Shown here in pieces: positions 1 to 8,083 of a stretch of DNA of 27,610 nt. Each line of letters begins with the position of its first letter. Position 1 is the first letter of the stretch. The stretch is from positions 64,001-91,610 of the IMG/VR virus record IMGVR_UViG_3300015360_000028. One strand, written 5' to 3'. The translations under genes were made by a program, and so were the position numbers. The notes beneath the pieces are model-generated. The model ran no database searches. It was given only the letters and a program-made list of their open reading frames with translations, and had not been told where the DNA came from. This DNA comes from a virus. Lineage: Duplodnaviria; Heunggongvirae; Uroviricota; Caudoviricetes.

Positions 1-520
1 CGAGCATCACGTTCGCCAGAGAAGGATCTAATAGAGCGCCTAAATCTACTCCTTTACCAAATCCTGTCCCGAATTTACCTTTTACTTTTTCACCTCTATC
101 ACGAGTATTAGTCAAGAACTGTTTAAGCATTTCACCAATGCTTTTGCCTTCACGCTTTTCTTCTTCGTGTTTGACTTCGTTCTTGTCTGCTAATTTCTGT
201 GCGTCTGTACGACCCATTCTCAATTCATCTGTGATCTGAAGGAGATTGCCATTGGCTTGCTTTAATGATTCATCCATTTTGTAAAAGAAGTTGACATTAG
301 AGCCCTTTGATATATCAGATAACCCACCTAGCAAATCTCTCTGCAAAGAAGTCTTCATCATCATGAAGCGCTTTTTAAAGAAATTCATATTGGATGTGGC
401 GATTAGATTGTAGTATTCACGAAGGTTTTCATTCAGATTATCAACCAATTTGGCTGTCGTGGGGCTAATTCCATCAGCAGTACCTGAATTGGGCAGCGGA
501 ATGTTTCTTTTCGTCACCAT
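1..520 (-). CDS. Partial ORF running off the window; candidate tape-measure/hub protein (gp29-like position)
   Basis: Manually translated, absent from the ORF track: ATG at 520, AGGAG RBS in the end of the upstream ORF, 173 open codons (MVTKRNIPLPNSG...ADKNEVKHEEEKREGKSIGEML...). Helical/charged composition. Function is inferred only from its position after gp26/gp51. Confidence 0.45.
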   Translation of the reverse strand, partial: MVTKRNIPLPNSGTADGISPTTAKLVDNLNENLREYYNLIATSNMNFFKKRFMMMKTSLQRDLLGGLSDISKGSNVNFFYKMDESLKQANGNLLQITDELRMGRTDAQKLADKNEVKHEEEKREGKSIGEMLKQFLTNTRDRGEKVKGKFGTGFGKGVDLGALLDPSLANVML

Positions 521-523
521 TTA

Positions 524-721
524 TTAAACTCCTGGGGCGAAGGGGATTGATTCGTGGAATATCTCTCCGCCTTTCTTTTTGTTCTTCTTTTCATCTTCTT
601 CTTTCTTAGCTATGAGAATGCCAAGATAGATATCACGTTCATATGGAACCATGTTGTCCCAATATTCCATTTCTTGTTTATGATCAAACATCAAATAATA
701 ATTTTCCATATATCGATTCAA
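524..721 (-). CDS. gp51: gp51-like baseplate hub assembly protein (short form); probably expressed as the -1 frameshift extension of gp26
   Basis: LMxxHK...NMxPxERDIY motif plus a charged C-terminal helix, typical of short gp51 in T4-like phages. Weak TTG start without a clear RBS. The frame is open upstream to 772 and the family-like sequence continues past the TTG. Confidence 0.75.
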   Translation of the reverse strand: MNRYMENYYLMFDHKQEMEYWDNMVPYERDIYLGILIAKKEEDEKKNKKKGGEIFHESIPFAPGV

Positions 722-741
722 TAAGGATGCATGACTAAGGC

Positions 742-1446
742 TTATGTAAAAAAATCCTTGAGCCCTCTGAGCTCATAAGTTTCTTCCTCTTTGCATTTCT
801 CGCATTTGTAGGTTAGTTTCAAACTCAAATATGGCATGTCTGCCAAGAAGCCTAAGAGTAGCTGAAGATGAGGTTCTGATAATGATTCGACCCAATCCCC
901 AATTTCTTTCTCGGTAAATTCTGCATGGAGTTCTTCACCGTCATAGATGCTCTCAATGCACGAGCCCACGAGTTTAAACAAACTCTGGACGTTCATTTCG
1001 TCTGCATTGATGGCGTGCTTTGGGGAAGGATAACGCATTGTAACTCCCATCTCTTCAGTAAGTTTTACAACTCTGGATGGGTTAGCTGGTTTTACTGTTT
1101 CAACCTTTCTTAGATCAACCTTAATCTTTTGGGCATGGTCGCAAGTGGTAGATTTTTGATGTCTGAGTGAGATCTCAGATATTTCACTAACTGATTTCAT
1201 TCTGAGATTGATAAATACCTTCTCCAAGTCAAAAGACGGAAGTTCTTCAACAACAATCCCGGGAGTGATGATACAATTCTGTATGATCTGAATAATGGAA
1301 TCGTTCATTTCTTTGGTGTCATTGCTTTCTAAAGCAGTGAGCAAAATCTTTTCTTCTTTGACCAGGAATGGTCTTAGTTCTATCTCTTGGTCATTTGAAA
1401 TAAGATTCATCTTAAACTTTGGATAGGATATTTTTGGAAGTGTCAT
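742..1446 (-). CDS. gp26: Baseplate hub subunit / assembly chaperone gp26
   Basis: N-terminal MTLPKI..P...RPFLVKEEKILL, FDLE..F..LR.KSV, C-terminal CxxC and GLxDFF ending, all characteristic of gp26. AAAGG RBS. Confidence 0.88.
   Translation of the reverse strand: MTLPKISYPKFKMNLISNDQEIELRPFLVKEEKILLTALESNDTKEMNDSIIQIIQNCIITPGIVVEELPSFDLEKVFINLRMKSVSEISEISLRHQKSTTCDHAQKIKVDLRKVETVKPANPSRVVKLTEEMGVTMRYPSPKHAINADEMNVQSLFKLVGSCIESIYDGEELHAEFTEKEIGDWVESLSEPHLQLLLGFLADMPYLSLKLTYKCEKCKEEETYELRGLKDFFT
748..754 (-). other. Candidate -1 ribosomal frameshift heptamer U UUU UUU (gp26 -> gp51)
   Basis: A7 run on + strand. 0 frame reads GAU UUU UUU ACA UAA; -1 frame reads GGA UUU UUU UAC AUA AGC..., which is the gp51 frame. 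Confidence 0.7.
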
Positions 1447-1449
1447 CTA

Positions 1450-1995
1450 TTACCTTTCATCTAAAAAGAAGCGATAGGCGAAGGTAACGTTTAATCTAAG
1501 CGCTTCCGTCCCTGCTTCCCATGATCTATTCACATCTCCAATATTTAGAGGATATGCTTCAATCAATTCTATTGTGTTCGTTATTTCGCCGGTGTCATCG
1601 TAAGAGTTGATACGAACGTTTCCAACGTAGTCATCATAAAAGCCGATCTTGAACATCGACTTATCTATTGCGCCAGTACGATATGTGCCGACAATTAAAT
1701 CCTGCCATTCGTGAAAGTAAGTCTTCTCTCTCAAATCTGCTGAGAGGATGAATGTCGCTTCTACTGGATTGAGGATTGAATCGTAACCGATCTTTTCTGC
1801 TACACCATAAAGTGAATATTCTGTTGTTTGAATATTTCTTCCTGGCATTGTGACGCTGTCGGCCCTGAACATCATATCACGTTCATTGTTTATGTCACCG
1901 ATACGGCCATGAACCTGAACTGAATAGTTCGAAGATTTTGCGATATTGCCGCGATCAATCTCGGCTAAGAATTCATTTATATTGAAACCTGACAT
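1450..1995 (-). CDS. gp54: Tail-tube-like protein, probably baseplate tail-tube initiator gp54 (gp19 paralog)
   Basis: Gp19/gp54 family motifs (SVTMPGR, EWQ..I, EAYP..IG, W......L.VTFAYR) and position in the hub cluster. Confidence 0.72.
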   Translation of the reverse strand: MSGFNINEFLAEIDRGNIAKSSNYSVQVHGRIGDINNERDMMFRADSVTMPGRNIQTTEYSLYGVAEKIGYDSILNPVEATFILSADLREKTYFHEWQDLIVGTYRTGAIDKSMFKIGFYDDYVGNVRINSYDDTGEITNTIELIEAYPLNIGDVNRSWEAGTEALRLNVTFAYRFFLDER

Positions 1996-2004
1996 TGCTA
2001 CCCC

Positions 2005-2493
2005 TTAAAATCCGTGCGACAAATCTTTTTCGGTCAGCACATGGAATTCATAACCACGTTTTCTACACCAAGCAGTTGCATGCATCCATTTATCGTAATT
2101 TTTCTGATAATCCATTGCTTCTTTAATGTATCTCTTGCCTTTACTTTTTGGTTCGATCGTTTGGGAATGGGGCTTGATCTCTATGACCAATATCCGTGTC
2201 TTTCCCGTTCTGTCTTTTACTTTCACAACGAAATCAGGAAAGTATCGTCTAATCTTTATTTTACCAGAGCGGGCTTCTTCTGCTGCGTCCAACTTAGTAC
2301 GATATTGGATAATCAATTCTTCAGAGGCCCAAGCGAGTATGCTTGACTGTTCATCAAATACTTTCATGAAACGCTTCTCTAGATTTGATCTAAAGATAAT
2401 TCCTTTGGCATCCCCGTCATACTTCTTTGGGTTTTTTGGAGCGAATATCCCTTGTCTGTATCGTGTGCTTCCAGTAAGAGTAGGTTTTTGCAT
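2005..2493 (-). CDS. gp4: Head completion protein gp4 (TnsA-like PD-(D/E)xK nuclease fold)
   Basis: QG.F.PKNPKKY.GD...I.FRS..E, WASEE..I.Y, YFPDF, IEIKP..QT motifs. Confidence 0.9.
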   Translation of the reverse strand: MQKPTLTGSTRYRQGIFAPKNPKKYDGDAKGIIFRSNLEKRFMKVFDEQSSILAWASEELIIQYRTKLDAAEEARSGKIKIRRYFPDFVVKVKDRTGKTRILVIEIKPHSQTIEPKSKGKRYIKEAMDYQKNYDKWMHATAWCRKRGYEFHVLTEKDLSHGF

Positions 2494-2505
2494 TCCGTTT
2501 TTCTA

Positions 2506-2513
2506 TATAAATA
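2506..2513 (+). promoter_or_regulatory. T4-type late promoter for the rightward baseplate operon
   Basis: Exact TATAAATA in the intergenic region, 38 nt before the gp48 start. Confidence 0.8.
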
Positions 2514-2530
2514 ATGAATAATATCGTTCT

Positions 2531-2538
2531 TATTTATA
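2531..2538 (-). promoter_or_regulatory. T4-type late promoter for the leftward gp4-gp54-gp26-gp51 arm
   Basis: TATTTATA on + strand (TATAAATA on -), 37 nt before the gp4 ATG. Confidence 0.8.
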
Positions 2539-2551
2539 AGGGATTTAGTGA

Positions 2552-3451
2552 TTGCCACCTCTTCCAATCAATGCCAGTCTAGAAACACCAGCTGCTACAG
2601 GCTCTAGTCTCAGATTTCCGTCTAAATTCGACGTTGAAAGCGGTCAATGGATGCTTTTCACCAGATATACCTATTCAAGACCAGACAAGAATTCGCCACC
2701 TGTTGAAAATAAGGCAGGAAACACTGTTTCACTTCCAATTCCAACCCAGTTGATGGCGGCTTATGGCGCGCAATGGGAAAACGTAGAGCTTGGAATGTTC
2801 GGGAAGAATATTTCTGCAGGGGTGGCCGGAGCAGTAAACGAAATCAAGACTAAAGCCGGGACGCTAGCTGATCAGCTAGCGTCAGGTCAGACGACAGCGA
2901 CGACTAAGATGAACATTATGATGAAAACCTTCACAGATAGTTTTTCGTCATTCTCTATTGAAGCGCTAAAGGGCGCGGGAATCGACTATGCCGCAGATTT
3001 GGCCACAGCCTCAGAAACATTTACAAAAGCCGGTTCATATCATGGCTTGGCTAGAAACCCTTTCAATGCCGTCCTTTATTCGGGACCAACCTTCAGAACG
3101 TTTGAATTTGAATGGAAGCTAATCCCCAAGAACAGAGCTGAAGCAACAGTCATTAAGAACATCATCCGAGAGTTTAAGATTGCCATGCATCCTTCATTCC
3201 TTAAAGGATTTGAAGACAACTTGTTTGAATATCCAGACATCTACAAAATCAACATGTCTAATTCAGCGCATACTTTCAAGATCGCTCATTGCGCCCTAAA
3301 AGACTTCTCAGTATCGTATGGAACTGAAGGAGCGACACCTAAATACTTCGAAGGGGACATTCCTTTCTCAGTCACTATGAGATGCCAGTTCCAAGAATTG
3401 ACAATCTTGACCAGAGAAGACATCCTTACAGCAGGAGATGGTGGATACTAA
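2552..3451 (+). CDS. gp48: Baseplate tail-tube cap gp48
   Basis: L.FP, LP.P..L...Y...W, NP....Y.GP.FRTF.F.WKL.PKN..E, F.YP, C.L.DFSV.Y, FQE..ILTREDI motifs. TTG start with AAGGGA RBS. Confidence 0.85.
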   Translation: MPPLPINASLETPAATGSSLRFPSKFDVESGQWMLFTRYTYSRPDKNSPPVENKAGNTVSLPIPTQLMAAYGAQWENVELGMFGKNISAGVAGAVNEIKTKAGTLADQLASGQTTATTKMNIMMKTFTDSFSSFSIEALKGAGIDYAADLATASETFTKAGSYHGLARNPFNAVLYSGPTFRTFEFEWKLIPKNRAEATVIKNIIREFKIAMHPSFLKGFEDNLFEYPDIYKINMSNSAHTFKIAHCALKDFSVSYGTEGATPKYFEGDIPFSVTMRCQFQELTILTREDILTAGDGGY

Positions 3452-4017
3452 TGGCTACATTCTTCACACCTTTTGAGAAGGTCGGTTATGATATGAATAA
3501 GTCTGGGATGACTTTCCAGGCCACGAATATTATGAAACGCTTTCAGATTAAAGAAGTAGTGCGTCAAATCGGATACATATACCATGATTATGATATAAAA
3601 GAAGGTGATAGACCTGACATCGTTTCTTATAAAGCATATGGAAAGGTCGATTTAGAATGGCTTATCATGCTAACGAACTCCATCATAGATCCTTATTTCC
3701 AATGGCCTCTGACTTACAATCAGCTCCAGGCTTACATGATTAAGAAATATGGAAGCATTCCGATCGCTTCCCAGACAGTTCATCACTACGAGCGCATTAT
3801 TCAGGACGCAGAAACATTATCAGACGGAACAGTAATTCCCCAGAAGACAGTCATCATTGATGCCGATGCCTACGCTCTTTTGGACGGCCCAGAAAGAATC
3901 TTGGTTTATAAATACGATCATGAGATCGCTTTGAACGAGAAGAGAGCACGTATTAAGATATTAGATCCTTCATACGTCCCACAAATCGTCAAGGAAATTG
4001 AAAGTATCTTTTCCTAA
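3451..4017 (+). CDS. gp53: Baseplate wedge protein gp53 (LysM-like)
   Basis: Y.IKEGDRPD.V....YG....WLI.L.N.IIDPYF.WP, HHYE and NE.R..I..L motifs. The true start is probably ATG 3451 (TAATG overlap with gp48), not 3382. Confidence 0.88.
   Translation: MATFFTPFEKVGYDMNKSGMTFQATNIMKRFQIKEVVRQIGYIYHDYDIKEGDRPDIVSYKAYGKVDLEWLIMLTNSIIDPYFQWPLTYNQLQAYMIKKYGSIPIASQTVHHYERIIQDAETLSDGTVIPQKTVIIDADAYALLDGPERILVYKYDHEIALNEKRARIKILDPSYVPQIVKEIESIFS
3907..3914 (+). promoter_or_regulatory. Possible internal late promoter upstream of the hub gene
   Basis: Exact TATAAATA within gp53, ~100 nt before ATG 4017. Could be a chance match. Confidence 0.45.
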
Positions 4018-5564
4018 TGGCAGAAGTAGCTACCGCTAAACTAGCAGCAGGTTCGATAAAGCTCGAAACTATTACAATCAAGAGTGAAGTGACAAAAGAC
4101 ACCATCGATTTGAAGTCTATCGTCACAGAATTTAATATCTATGAGTCTATCTCAGCTCCATTTATTACCGCCGATTTGGTAATAGGAGACGCGCTTGCTC
4201 TTACGACAAAGCTCCCAATCATTGGCCAAGAAGAGGTTGAGATTAAATTCAAGACACCTGATCCTTCTATATCTAATTCAATCAATTTAAAGCTCCGAGT
4301 CGTTCGTATCCAAGAACTCACCAGAACGAATCAAAGAACGATGCAGTATGTGATAAAACTTGCCTCTGAAGAATACTTCTCTGATTTAAACACTAAGATT
4401 TCCAAAGCATTTGTCGGTAAGACGATCTCAGACATGATTAAAGATATAGGAACTTATTCTCTCCAGATGGATAGAGGCAAGGTCCTTTATGCTTCAGAGA
4501 CAGAAGGCGAAAGAACAATTGTTATTCCAAACATGGCGCCAACTAAAGCAATCAATTTCTTATGCAAGGAAGCGAAATCACCAAGATATCCAGCATCCAA
4601 TTTTATCTTCTTTGAAAACTGCAACGGCTTTCAATTCAAAACAGTAGATGAACTTATCATTGCTCCATACCCAGATTTAAGAAATCCATCGACTCCAAAT
4701 ACTACTCCACCTGCAGATGGCTCTCCTGGGTCGAGCCCAGAGATAGGTGGCAATTCTCCAGAGTCAAGACAAACAAATATTGATTATTACTATGCAACAG
4801 ATAAAGACTTCAACAAAGGTGGCGCAGATTCAGTTGAATGGCGTGGCGGCGTTCAATCTAAGAAACCATTCGAGCTCCAGAAAATCAATGGCTTTAGATT
4901 CGTGTCTCTCTTTAACAATGATTTGACAACAATCAGAGGTGGATTTGAAACTAGATATATGTATCTGAACCCTGTGCTTTCAACATATGAAGAAAGAACA
5001 TACGATTATTTCAAGAACTTCTATGATCTCGAACATACAACAGCGACCAATGAAGGTCAGTTGCTTACCGACAAAAATTTGAATATATCCAAATCAGGTG
5101 ATTCGCATCAGATATTTGTTATGACGAACAAAGGTGAAACAGATACGATGCTTCTAGATCAGAAGACAGACTTCCTTCATCTCAAGGTTGGCTCTTTAGG
5201 ATTGCTTGAAGACATCGTAGTTGATGTCGACATTCCAGGAGACACCGACAGAAGAGCTGGTGATCTAGTCAGAATGCAATTCCCAGAATTTGGCGCAACA
5301 GACGACGTCAAAGGAAAAATCAATAAGTTCGTTTCAGGCGATTATTTGGTAGTGGCCATCCGTCATCATTACAACGGCGAAAACGGTTACCGCTGCATAA
5401 TGTCATGTATGAAGAATTGCTACGAAACAGATATTGAATCTTTGCCTCAGATACCACAGATTGATGAGGCCCCAGTACCAACAACAGCATTGCCGGCGAC
5501 AGAAACAGGATCAACACCTGAACCGCGTTCAGGCAGCATAAGAAGAAATAGAGGACAATTATAG
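4017..5564 (+). CDS. Baseplate hub protein (gp27/late-control-D-like)
   Basis: IYESI..PF.T..L.I.D, LP..G.E...I.F.TP, F.FFEN..GF.F, PGD..R.AGD.V...FP, SG.YLV..IRH pattern. Lies between gp53 and gp5, as hub genes do in T4-like phages. Confidence 0.7.
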   Translation: MAEVATAKLAAGSIKLETITIKSEVTKDTIDLKSIVTEFNIYESISAPFITADLVIGDALALTTKLPIIGQEEVEIKFKTPDPSISNSINLKLRVVRIQELTRTNQRTMQYVIKLASEEYFSDLNTKISKAFVGKTISDMIKDIGTYSLQMDRGKVLYASETEGERTIVIPNMAPTKAINFLCKEAKSPRYPASNFIFFENCNGFQFKTVDELIIAPYPDLRNPSTPNTTPPADGSPGSSPEIGGNSPESRQTNIDYYYATDKDFNKGGADSVEWRGGVQSKKPFELQKINGFRFVSLFNNDLTTIRGGFETRYMYLNPVLSTYEERTYDYFKNFYDLEHTTATNEGQLLTDKNLNISKSGDSHQIFVMTNKGETDTMLLDQKTDFLHLKVGSLGLLEDIVVDVDIPGDTDRRAGDLVRMQFPEFGATDDVKGKINKFVSGDYLVVAIRHHYNGENGYRCIMSCMKNCYETDIESLPQIPQIDEAPVPTTALPATETGSTPEPRSGSIRRNRGQL

Positions 5565-8083
5565 TGGAATTTCAAGACCAGATTAATTCATTCATGGGCA
5601 AAGGCAACTTTACTTGGTGGGTCGGCGTTGTAGAAGATACAGCAGATCCAATGACACTCGGCCGTGTTAAGGTACGCTGCTTCGGCTTCCACACACAAGA
5701 CAGAGGTGCCATCCCAACGACTTCATTGCCTTGGTCAACGGTTGTTCAGCCAACTACTTCGGCTTCTACATCAGGAATCGGTTGGTCTCCAAATGGTTTG
5801 GAAGCAGACTCTTGGGTTATTGGTTTCTTCGCTGACGGTGAAGAAGGTCAATATCCTATCGTAATCGGTACCCTCCCTAGAATCCACAGAGGTGCGGCTT
5901 CTAATGATCCTTATGGTGGTTCTAGTTCGGGATATCTTACTGATGACCCAACGATGGGTTCAGGGGTTGGGCCTCCACCATTCCATGGTCAGAGATCAAC
6001 TTCTCATGGACCAGACGTTGGGGGAGATCCAAGACCGAAGGGACCAACTGATCCATCAAATAATAGAATCACAGATCTTCCGCCTTCATCAGGAGCAGGA
6101 GAAGGAGCAGTAATCAAAGATGGCCACTCATACATTACGAACGCAGACATTCCAAATTGGCCCCTTCAATATTACACCTGGGATGCTGTCGGATCAAGAG
6201 GCGGTTGTGGCCAAGGCAGAGGCCTTGCGTCCTGTGGACCGCCAGGACGACCAAGAGGAGCTGTCTATACTCATAAAGCAACAGCGCTTGCTTTAGAAGC
6301 CCTTTCAAAAGAAATCAAAGGTGGGCCGTTCACAATCATCTCAGCATATAGATCACCTGAATATAACAAATATGTAGGCGGCAAAGGCGGGTCACAGCAT
6401 AAGAATGGAAGAGCGTTCGATATTGCTCTTAATTCAATCGGCGATCTTCAAAGATTCCTAACCGCAGCAGTGAAGCATGGCTTCGTTGGTTTTGGCCTTT
6501 ATCCTTCCTTCATTCACATCGATACGGGTTCAGGAAGAACATGGAATGACGCTACTCTCAAACTGATTCCAATTCTACGAGCCGCTGGATGGTATCATGA
6601 TAAACCAGGACTTTCAGGAATTAAAACAACTCCTGGACAACAAGCAGAAACTGCTCCAGAAAACCCAACGGTTACTACTGCAAGCACGACAACAGCAGAT
6701 TCAGGATCAGGCGCGGCAGGCGGCGCTACTTCAGGATCAGGCGCGGCAGGCGGCGCTACAGGGCAGCAGGCGTCTACACCAGAAGGGGGCGGGGACGAAG
6801 ATTCTATCGTAAGAACAATTATTGCAGAAGCCGGCGGAGAAGGTTCAGCTGGTATGCAAGGCGTTGCCAATGTTATCAAGAACAGATCAACCAAAGCAGG
6901 TATCACACCAGGTTCAGTTGTTTCAGAAACGAACAGAGGAATAAGGCAATTCACTGGTTATCATGATTCAAATTGGTATTCGGCAGATCCTAACTCAGCT
7001 CGATATCAACAAGCTCTGCAAATTTGGAGGGGTGTCAATACCGGTGCTCTTGGAGATATTACAGGAAACGCTGATCACTATCATGCAGATTATGTTAAAC
7101 CTTCATGGAGAAATTCTATGGACAAGACTGCAGTCATTGGCCGTCATATTTTCTATAATGCACACGGCGCTTTCGTAAGCAAGCATGGAACAAAGATAGG
7201 TTTTCAAGATCCAACTGGCGGCCTTCCATATGGTGAATATAAAGGTGGACCATCGACAAACGTTGCAGCTCGTGGTATCAATTCATATCAAGGTCAAAAT
7301 AATGCAATGACCGACCAAGCAGCAAGACAAGGATCTTATCCAGTAGCAGGTGATAAAGGAACATTCGGGGCCCCAGAATCTGGCTTTGCTCCTCAGTATC
7401 CATACAACAATGTCTATGCTACGAAGTCTGGTCATCAAATGGAATTCGATGACACACCAGGCGCTTCAAGAGTTGCGATGAGACATAACTCAGGAACAAG
7501 TTCTACAATGACTGAAAACGGTTCTAAGATCGATTCGGTCAAAGGGAACGCTTATAAGATGGTAGAAGGCGACTCGTTCAACTCAGTTGATGACAGTTAT
7601 TATCTTTCAGTTAAAGATGACATTAACATCCGTGCTACCTCAGATATGGTTATCCATGCCGACGGTGCATTGATTACAATTTCTAGAAATGATTCTTCTG
7701 AACACGTCTCAGGAAAGAAAGACATTAGCGTAGGTGAAGTATTCCAAGTTAAGGCAAATAAGATTATCTTAGAAGCTGCACAGATCGATTTCTACTCTAC
7801 AGGAACAATGAACTTCCATTCAGAAGGTGATATGAACTTGAAGTCAGCAGGTAAGGTGAAGATAAACGGCGCAACGATGCATCTTAAAGCAGGCACTGTT
7901 TTCATGGATGACGTAGTCAAAGCCGTTGAAGGCGCCGCCGAAACCGCAGCAGACGCAGTATCCTCAGATTTGGGTACTGCCGCACCTAGAGCAGAAATTC
8001 TTAAAGTCAACAAACCAAGAATATATCCTGACGTACACGTCACATCTGACGAAGGATTTACCCATTATGGAGGTCAAAGCTAA
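5564..8083 (+). CDS. gp5: Central spike gp5: OB-fold + M15 peptidase + SleB/Hydrolase_2 + beta-helix
   Basis: N-terminal WWVGVVED..DP..LGRVKVRC.G.H (gp5 OB-fold); SAYRS, SQHKNGRAFD, FIHID (M15, ~6260-6590); RTIIAEAGGEG..GM..VANVI.NR...HYHADYV.P.W...IGRHIFY (Hydrolase_2, ~6794-7160); YPYN.V..T.SGH..EFDDTPG..R and beta-helix repeats. GTG start with AGAGGA RBS. Confidence 0.92.
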   Translation: MEFQDQINSFMGKGNFTWWVGVVEDTADPMTLGRVKVRCFGFHTQDRGAIPTTSLPWSTVVQPTTSASTSGIGWSPNGLEADSWVIGFFADGEEGQYPIVIGTLPRIHRGAASNDPYGGSSSGYLTDDPTMGSGVGPPPFHGQRSTSHGPDVGGDPRPKGPTDPSNNRITDLPPSSGAGEGAVIKDGHSYITNADIPNWPLQYYTWDAVGSRGGCGQGRGLASCGPPGRPRGAVYTHKATALALEALSKEIKGGPFTIISAYRSPEYNKYVGGKGGSQHKNGRAFDIALNSIGDLQRFLTAAVKHGFVGFGLYPSFIHIDTGSGRTWNDATLKLIPILRAAGWYHDKPGLSGIKTTPGQQAETAPENPTVTTASTTTADSGSGAAGGATSGSGAAGGATGQQASTPEGGGDEDSIVRTIIAEAGGEGSAGMQGVANVIKNRSTKAGITPGSVVSETNRGIRQFTGYHDSNWYSADPNSARYQQALQIWRGVNTGALGDITGNADHYHADYVKPSWRNSMDKTAVIGRHIFYNAHGAFVSKHGTKIGFQDPTGGLPYGEYKGGPSTNVAARGINSYQGQNNAMTDQAARQGSYPVAGDKGTFGAPESGFAPQYPYNNVYATKSGHQMEFDDTPGASRVAMRHNSGTSSTMTENGSKIDSVKGNAYKMVEGDSFNSVDDSYYLSVKDDINIRATSDMVIHADGALITISRNDSSEHVSGKKDISVGEVFQVKANKIILEAAQIDFYSTGTMNFHSEGDMNLKSAGKVKINGATMHLKAGTVFMDDVVKAVEGAAETAADAVSSDLGTAAPRAEILKVNKPRIYPDVHVTSDEGFTHYGGQS
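6700..6759 (+). repeat. Perfect 30-bp tandem duplication encoding (SGSGAAGGAT)x2
   Basis: TTCAGGATCAGGCGCGGCAGGCGGCGCTAC at 6700-6729 and 6730-6759, in the linker between the two gp5 hydrolase domains. Confidence 0.95.

Noticed and set aside
3382-3450. ORF-track N-terminal extension of gp53
   Set aside because: It overlaps gp48 by 70 nt and has no family-like sequence; ATG 3451 fits better.
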